64,000 nt of DNA, from assembly GCA_965223845.1 (NCBI GenBank), contig CBDCXR010000004.1:5760001-5824000 (forward strand), read 5' to 3'. The notes beneath the pieces were generated by a model. The model did not search any database. It was not told where the DNA came from and saw nothing but the letters and a program-made list of their open reading frames with translations. How positions within the stretch are numbered: the first letter of the stretch is position 1; every line of letters begins with the position of its first letter. This stretch comes from Planctomycetota bacterium (GTDB lineage Bacteria; Planctomycetota; UBA8108; SXIK01). The translations under genes were made by a program, and so were the position numbers. Shown here in pieces: positions 58,670 through 64,000 of the stretch.

Positions 58670-61144
58670 ATGACCGATCGATCGTTGAACCCTTCGCGTG
58701 CTCTCGGGTTGCTCGTCTTTTGCTGCTTCGCGGCTACGGGGTTTGCCGAGGATCCCCCGGCCAAGAAGCCGAGCGAGGACGTCGTGAGTGCGGGCGGGTC
58801 GGGCGAGGACGAGAAGAAGAGCTCCGCGTCGCCGACCTCAACCGGGGCGGAGACGGACGCGGCGGACGCGGACGCGAGCGAGTCTCCGGCGGACCCCGCG
58901 GAAGACCCTCACTTTGCTGCGCTTCGCCGAGAGTTGCGCGCGCACGTCGAGAAGGTCGACGCGCTCGACTACCGCGCCCCCGATTTCCCCGCGGGGAAGG
59001 ACTGGATCAACTCGCCTCCGCTCAGCTTCGAGCGCGAGCTGAAGGGAAAGGTCGTCGTCCTCGACTTTTGGACGTACTGCTGCATCAACTGCATCCACAT
59101 CCTTCCCGATCTCGAAGCGCTCGAGGCGAAGTACGCCGGCTACCCCGTGGCGTTTGTCGGCGTTCATTCGGCGAAATTCGAAAACGAGAAGGTCTCCGAG
59201 AACATCCGCGCCGCCGTCGAGCGCTACGAAATCCATCACCCGGTGGTGAACGACGACGAGATGTTTCTCTGGCGGCGGCTCGGCGTGCGGAGCTGGCCGT
59301 CGCTCGTCGTCGTCGGACCGAAGGGGAATCTGCTTCTTATGGTCGCGGGCGAAGGGAATCGACTCGTGATCGATGCCGCGATTCAGGCCGCGCTCGAGTT
59401 CTATCCTCCCGAGGCGTTTCGCCACGAGCCGCTCCCCGCAGTGAAGAGCGCGCCGCTCGAGCGGGACGATTCCTCGCTCTTCTATCCGGGGAAGCTCGCC
59501 GTTGATGGCGCGAAGGGGCGGCTCTACATCAGCGACTCGAATCACCACCGCATCGTCGTGACTGATCTCGATGGTGAGTTCATCGCCGCGATCGGGAGTG
59601 GTCGGCGCGGCCTCCGCGACGGCACCTACGCAGAGGCGACGTTCTTTCGTCCGCAGGGCCTGGCGCTCGACGGCGAGCACCTCTACGTCGCCGATGCCGA
59701 GAACCATGCGCTCCGCCGCGTCGATCTCGACGCAGAGCGCGTCGAAACGGTGGTCGGCAACGGTACTCAAGGACGGGACTACTCCGGCGGAAAAACCGGC
59801 GCGGATCAGCCGATCAGCACACCGTGGGACGTCGTCGTGCACGAGCGCAGCGTCTACATCGCGATGGCAGGGACGCATCAGATCTGGATCTACGACATCC
59901 CCTCGGGAAGCTGCCGAAACTACAGCGGGACCGGTCGCGAGCAGAACTACAACCACTCTGATCGACTTGAAGCGGCCTGGGCGCAGCCCTCCGGACTCAC
60001 GATCGGCGACGGGTGGCTCTTCGTCGCGGACTCGGAGAGCAGCTCCGTGCGCGGCATCCAGCTCGCTTCCGGGAACACGCGAACGTTTGTCGGGGGCGAC
60101 GACAGCGAGCCGCGGAACCTCTTTGCGTTCGGGGACGAAGACGGCGAGGGCGACTCGGCGCGTCTTCAGCATTGTCTCGGTGTTCTCTGGCTCGAAGAGG
60201 AGCGGCGCGTTCTCGTCGCAGACACGTACAACCATCGCCTGAAGCTCGTTCGGCCGCTCGATCGCACGGTCCGAACGGTCGCCGGGAGCGGAAGCCGCGG
60301 AACGAAGGACGGGAGGGGGCTCGCCGCCGAGTTCTCCGAGCCCTCTGGGTTCGCGCTCCATCCCGATGGGAAGCGCGTCTATGTCGCCGATACGAACAAC
60401 CATCGCATCCGGCTCCTCGATCGAACGACGTTCGAGGTGACGACGCTCGAGCTGCGAAACGTCCCGCCCGCGAAGCCGGCGATCGATCGGGCGTCGGTGC
60501 GCCTCGCGAATCTTCCCGGCACGCCGACGGTGCGCGCGGAGACGCTCGAGCTCCGGCCGAAAGGGCGCGGCACGCTGCGCCTCGAGCTCGGACTTCCCCC
60601 CGAGCACCACTACACCGAGGGCGTTCAGAGCTCGTGGAAGGTGCTCGTCGACTCCGAGGCGGCGCCGGTGACGATTCCGAGCGACGCGATGCGCGGCGCG
60701 CTCGGCGCGACGTCGATCGCGATTCCGGTCGATGCGAAAGCGGAGAGCGGCGCGGGAACGATTCAGGTCGAGGCCGTCGCTTACTACTGCCGCGACGGGG
60801 GAGCGTGTCTCGTCGGCGCGGTGCTCTTCGAGGTGCCGGTCGTCGTCGATGAGCGGAGCGGCGAGCCGCTCGTCTTGCGCCATGTCTTCGGCGAGGGCGT
60901 GGGTACGAACATCCCGGCGCTCTTTCGCGGGAGCGGTGAGCCCGCGCCCGCGGTGGAGCCTTCGGAGCCGGAGACGTCGTCCGATTCGCGCGAGGAGTCG
61001 GATGCGCCGGCGAACGCGAACGGATCTCCGACTCCGAAGGTAGACGAAACCGAGAGAGATTCGCTGAACGAGACGGCGGGACCCGATGCGGAGACGGCGG
61101 GTAGCGATGAGACGAGCACACGGACGGGTAAGGGTTCCGAGTAA
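58670..61144 (+). CDS. thioredoxin-like plus NHL-repeat protein (NHLRC2/SOQ1-like), exported
   Basis: Signal peptide; LDFWTYCCINCIH, VGVHSAKF, NHL repeats (YISDSNHHRI, YVADAENH, ADTYNHR), C-terminal YYCRDGGAC. Confidence 0.92.
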   Translation: MTDRSLNPSRALGLLVFCCFAATGFAEDPPAKKPSEDVVSAGGSGEDEKKSSASPTSTGAETDAADADASESPADPAEDPHFAALRRELRAHVEKVDALDYRAPDFPAGKDWINSPPLSFERELKGKVVVLDFWTYCCINCIHILPDLEALEAKYAGYPVAFVGVHSAKFENEKVSENIRAAVERYEIHHPVVNDDEMFLWRRLGVRSWPSLVVVGPKGNLLLMVAGEGNRLVIDAAIQAALEFYPPEAFRHEPLPAVKSAPLERDDSSLFYPGKLAVDGAKGRLYISDSNHHRIVVTDLDGEFIAAIGSGRRGLRDGTYAEATFFRPQGLALDGEHLYVADAENHALRRVDLDAERVETVVGNGTQGRDYSGGKTGADQPISTPWDVVVHERSVYIAMAGTHQIWIYDIPSGSCRNYSGTGREQNYNHSDRLEAAWAQPSGLTIGDGWLFVADSESSSVRGIQLASGNTRTFVGGDDSEPRNLFAFGDEDGEGDSARLQHCLGVLWLEEERRVLVADTYNHRLKLVRPLDRTVRTVAGSGSRGTKDGRGLAAEFSEPSGFALHPDGKRVYVADTNNHRIRLLDRTTFEVTTLELRNVPPAKPAIDRASVRLANLPGTPTVRAETLELRPKGRGTLRLELGLPPEHHYTEGVQSSWKVLVDSEAAPVTIPSDAMRGALGATSIAIPVDAKAESGAGTIQVEAVAYYCRDGGACLVGAVLFEVPVVVDERSGEPLVLRHVFGEGVGTNIPALFRGSGEPAPAVEPSEPETSSDSREESDAPANANGSPTPKVDETERDSLNETAGPDAETAGSDETSTRTGKGSE

Positions 61145-61217
61145 ACCCGGGAGTTCGAGGAGTCCAGTTTGGGGGCTGTGAACACGCCGCTTTCCCAACG
61201 CGGCGGCCTCGTGCGAA

Positions 61218-62102
61218 TCAACGCGCACCTGGACGCGGCGGAAGACGTTGCGGAAGGAAGCGGATGTGAATCTTCCACTCGCGCAGATGTTCTTCTGATT
61301 CGAACCCAGCGTGGAACCGGGCAAATCCATCCGAGTAACTAGGCACCGACGGGGAGACCGCTTGATACACGTATTGCGCGTGGCTGGGAAGTAAAGGGTC
61401 ACGATCGAGACGTCGTCCCTCCAGCTTTTGCTCGAGAACCGGCCACCGATCTCGCGGAACCGAATTCCAGGGGAGTTCCTCAGGTTCTCGTCCCGGAAGG
61501 TAGACGTGTAGATCCACCAGCTCTTTCTTGGACGCGATAAACAGACCACGCCTCGGTGATAGGTACAACACAGGCGTCGACTCGAACCAGCGACTCGCTT
61601 CAAGTTCGAAGGCTAAAGCACGTGCGAGATCCCTCACATTACTCCGGCCGTCCAAGCCAAAACCACCTTGATCAATGAGTTCGGAGTGAACGACGCCCGA
61701 TTCGTCCCGCATGCTCGAGCCCCAAGAGAGGCTGTACTGAACGAAGTACGTGTCCGGACTCTTGACGTCCTCGTCGATGTCGACCTTCAGCAGAGCATTA
61801 CTCTGCGAGTTGCGAGATAAGTCCAAAGACTTCGCGACCGTGGCGTCTTGACAGAGTCTATAGTCTACAAGAGCTTCAGAGATTGCATTCGCGATCCGCG
61901 TCTCCAGCCACGGCGTTAAGAGCGGGGGCGGTGATCTCGTCGAGTCAGATCGGCGTTGAAGGACAACCACGGCGATTGCGAACGGGGGCGGCCGAAACGC
62001 TTGGACACGATCTAGTTCTGTAGCAGTAAAAACGGCGGGTCCGGAGCATCCGAGCGCTACGGACGATATGAGCCAGAGGCACGTTCTTCCAGGTATTCTC
62101 AT
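61218..62102 (-). CDS. hypothetical lipoprotein
   Basis: Lipobox-like VALG^C; ATGA overlap with the upstream gene; no recognised family. Confidence 0.65.
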   Translation of the reverse strand: MRIPGRTCLWLISSVALGCSGPAVFTATELDRVQAFRPPPFAIAVVVLQRRSDSTRSPPPLLTPWLETRIANAISEALVDYRLCQDATVAKSLDLSRNSQSNALLKVDIDEDVKSPDTYFVQYSLSWGSSMRDESGVVHSELIDQGGFGLDGRSNVRDLARALAFELEASRWFESTPVLYLSPRRGLFIASKKELVDLHVYLPGREPEELPWNSVPRDRWPVLEQKLEGRRLDRDPLLPSHAQYVYQAVSPSVPSYSDGFARFHAGFESEEHLREWKIHIRFLPQRLPPRPGAR

Positions 62103-64000
62103 CGATTGCGCTCTCGTTGGACAAGCTCCTCCAGTCCCGGGCTCGGTTTCCGCTCGCCGCGTGACTCGACGTACGCGACCAAACGAAAACCGACGCGGTC
62201 TCGGGCGTGGTTGCTCCGATAGACGGAACGTCGCTGGACGCAGTCGCTGAAGACGGTACTCCAGCGGCCTCCGAGGTAAACGTAATCCTCGTCACGTGCC
62301 GCCACTTGCACAAGTTCGTCGACGTTCCCAAGTAGGTGCTGCAATCCTTGGAAAACTTCCGACTCGACTTTGGTGGGCTGACGCGGGTAGACACTCACCG
62401 GTCCTTCTCGCGACTCGAGCCCGTCGCGCAGACAAACTGTCTCGTTCCGAACTCGAATGAATTGCGTCTGGTCGACCTCGACGACCGTGCCGGCGGCGAT
62501 CCAGGGGTACGTGGGTATGTCTTGCCACTCTCCGAGTGTTGGAAGGTAAAGCATGGCGTCGGGCAACTCGTCGAATTTGGGCGCGACGTCCTCCGGGGAC
62601 ACGTTTGTCTGAGGAAGCCACTCGTCCGAGTCTTCCTCTGGAGGCTCGCTACCGGGATTCGCCCAGAACCACCGGGGGATCTCGGTCTGCGTGATATAGA
62701 ATCCTTCCTTCGGTGTCCCGATGAAAACCCAAGTGAGGCCCAGCCAGTTGAGGGTGGGTGGAGGCCGTCGCGGAGCGCACCGGGGTTCGATTACACACTC
62801 GCTGGTGGAAGGCTGAAGGTCACCGCGATCGGACGCCGTGATTGTGATCTTTTCATGCCGATTTCGGGGGATTGACGTGATGCGTAGGTCCACCTCCAAT
62901 GCAATCTGAAGATCGCCAACCTGGGTTCTCTTCCAGGTCGCTGACCAATTTGTCCCGGCGAGGCCATCGCGTTTCTCTCTCACTGCCGCTCCTACTACGA
63001 CCGCGACCTTTTCCTCGTCACCGCGGATAAGTTCGATGGACTCCACCCCGCTAGGGTCCGTTACGACAACGCTCATCTCGCACGCGTCGGCCTCGAGAGT
63101 CACCGGGCCGCTAGAACACTCCACCGGAAAACTCGAGTCTATAGACGGTGGGTCGCCGAGTATGGAAAGCGATGCTGCGGGCAAAGCTTGAATTCGGCCC
63201 CACTCATCGCTCCACGCGACCTCGAGGGCGTAGACACCTTCCGCGAGCTCCAGCTCGAAGCCGCCGTCCGCCGCGAAGTTGGATCGCACTACCCCCGAGG
63301 CGGACCTCGCGGTGATCGATCCGCGCGCGAACACCACGCCATCGGCAGGAGTCAACCGAAACTGCGTGAGTCCGGGCCGCGCGACTTTATCGGGAACGCT
63401 GGAGAGAATTCCCTCGGCTAGGGCGAACAGATCCCATCCAGGGACAATCTGAATCGGGAGTTCGATCGATCGATTCCAGTGAGTTTCGACATGAACATTG
63501 ATTGCGAGTGAATCGAGCTCGGTATCGTTCGGCGTCACCGGCTGTCGCCAACCGCTGCCCGTCAGGGAACCCGTCCAACTCACACGCGCTGGGTCGATTC
63601 CGTATTCGTGTTCTTCGCCGTCCCACTCGACGGTGAGGGCCGTAAACGGGTCGCGGTCGTCGCGGCGCCAAAAGAACACTCCGTTACGCAAGAGGAGGGC
63701 GCGTCGACCTAGGGAATACTCCGCAAAGACCTGAAAGTGCTCGAGTCGAGGAGACTTCTCCGGGTAGATCGGACCCTGTGCAACGATCGCGGACTCGGCG
63801 AACGCCGCCTCGTCTTTCGCGAGGAGCGTGAGTTCACCCATCTCCGTTTCAGGAAGCGAACGAAAACTCGCGGGCAGCTCTATGTTCCCGTCGGCTTCGA
63901 GCCTGACGTTACCGGTCGATTCCCCGTCCCCCCATGTTAGCCGCCAGGAAAAAGAGAGTTGCTCGCTCGACGCCGCTCTCAATCCATCGATAGCCACTCG
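62099..64000 (-). CDS. multidomain protein ending in an FGE-sulfatase-like (C-type lectin fold) domain, probably 5'-truncated by the window edge
   Basis: YITQTEI, PQTNVS, LPTLGEW, LQHLLGNVDE, VGFRLV; beta-rich Ig-like segments upstream; frame open to the edge. Confidence 0.75.
   Translation of the reverse strand, partial: RVAIDGLRAASSEQLSFSWRLTWGDGESTGNVRLEADGNIELPASFRSLPETEMGELTLLAKDEAAFAESAIVAQGPIYPEKSPRLEHFQVFAEYSLGRRALLLRNGVFFWRRDDRDPFTALTVEWDGEEHEYGIDPARVSWTGSLTGSGWRQPVTPNDTELDSLAINVHVETHWNRSIELPIQIVPGWDLFALAEGILSSVPDKVARPGLTQFRLTPADGVVFARGSITARSASGVVRSNFAADGGFELELAEGVYALEVAWSDEWGRIQALPAASLSILGDPPSIDSSFPVECSSGPVTLEADACEMSVVVTDPSGVESIELIRGDEEKVAVVVGAAVREKRDGLAGTNWSATWKRTQVGDLQIALEVDLRITSIPRNRHEKITITASDRGDLQPSTSECVIEPRCAPRRPPPTLNWLGLTWVFIGTPKEGFYITQTEIPRWFWANPGSEPPEEDSDEWLPQTNVSPEDVAPKFDELPDAMLYLPTLGEWQDIPTYPWIAAGTVVEVDQTQFIRVRNETVCLRDGLESREGPVSVYPRQPTKVESEVFQGLQHLLGNVDELVQVAARDEDYVYLGGRWSTVFSDCVQRRSVYRSNHARDRVGFRLVAYVESRGERKPSPGLEELVQRERNR

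Noticed and set aside
62099-62400. DGR variable region in the FGE/C-type lectin domain
   Set aside because: No template repeat or reverse transcriptase is visible in this window; cannot be excluded beyond the edge.

Overview
High-GC bacterial chromosomal segment. The gene content (prepilin-type protein, TSP3-repeat giant, ThuA fusion, HEAT/kinase, FGE-domain protein) suggests Planctomycetota, but this is inference. It contains the replication-origin gene cluster (dnaA, AT-rich oriC candidate, small membrane ORF, dnaN, DUF721/DciA, gyrB, gyrA), an XPB helicase plus partner, housekeeping genes (LolC/E-type permease, non-discriminating aspS, lspA, fabZ-like, pyrE, glgC, an enlarged glmS-like gene), tRNA-Ser(GCT), tRNA-Gly(GCC), a five-gene peptide ABC transporter and several envelope proteins. 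I saw no mobile element, CRISPR array or rRNA. The most notable signals are: (1) a tightly coupled operon of three HtrA/S1C-PDZ proteins of which only one keeps the His-Asp-Ser triad, followed by a hydrolase-ThuA fusion; (2) an origin-linked DnaA with a degenerate AAA+ module beside AT-rich 9-7-9 palindromes; (3) a DppB permease carrying three inserted PKD/Ig-like domains; (4) a STAS-receiver-RsbW fusion; (5) a membrane pseudokinase with HEAT repeats. All calls rest on motif recognition by eye; no database searches were run. Most long ORFs in the supplied track are high-GC shadow frames.
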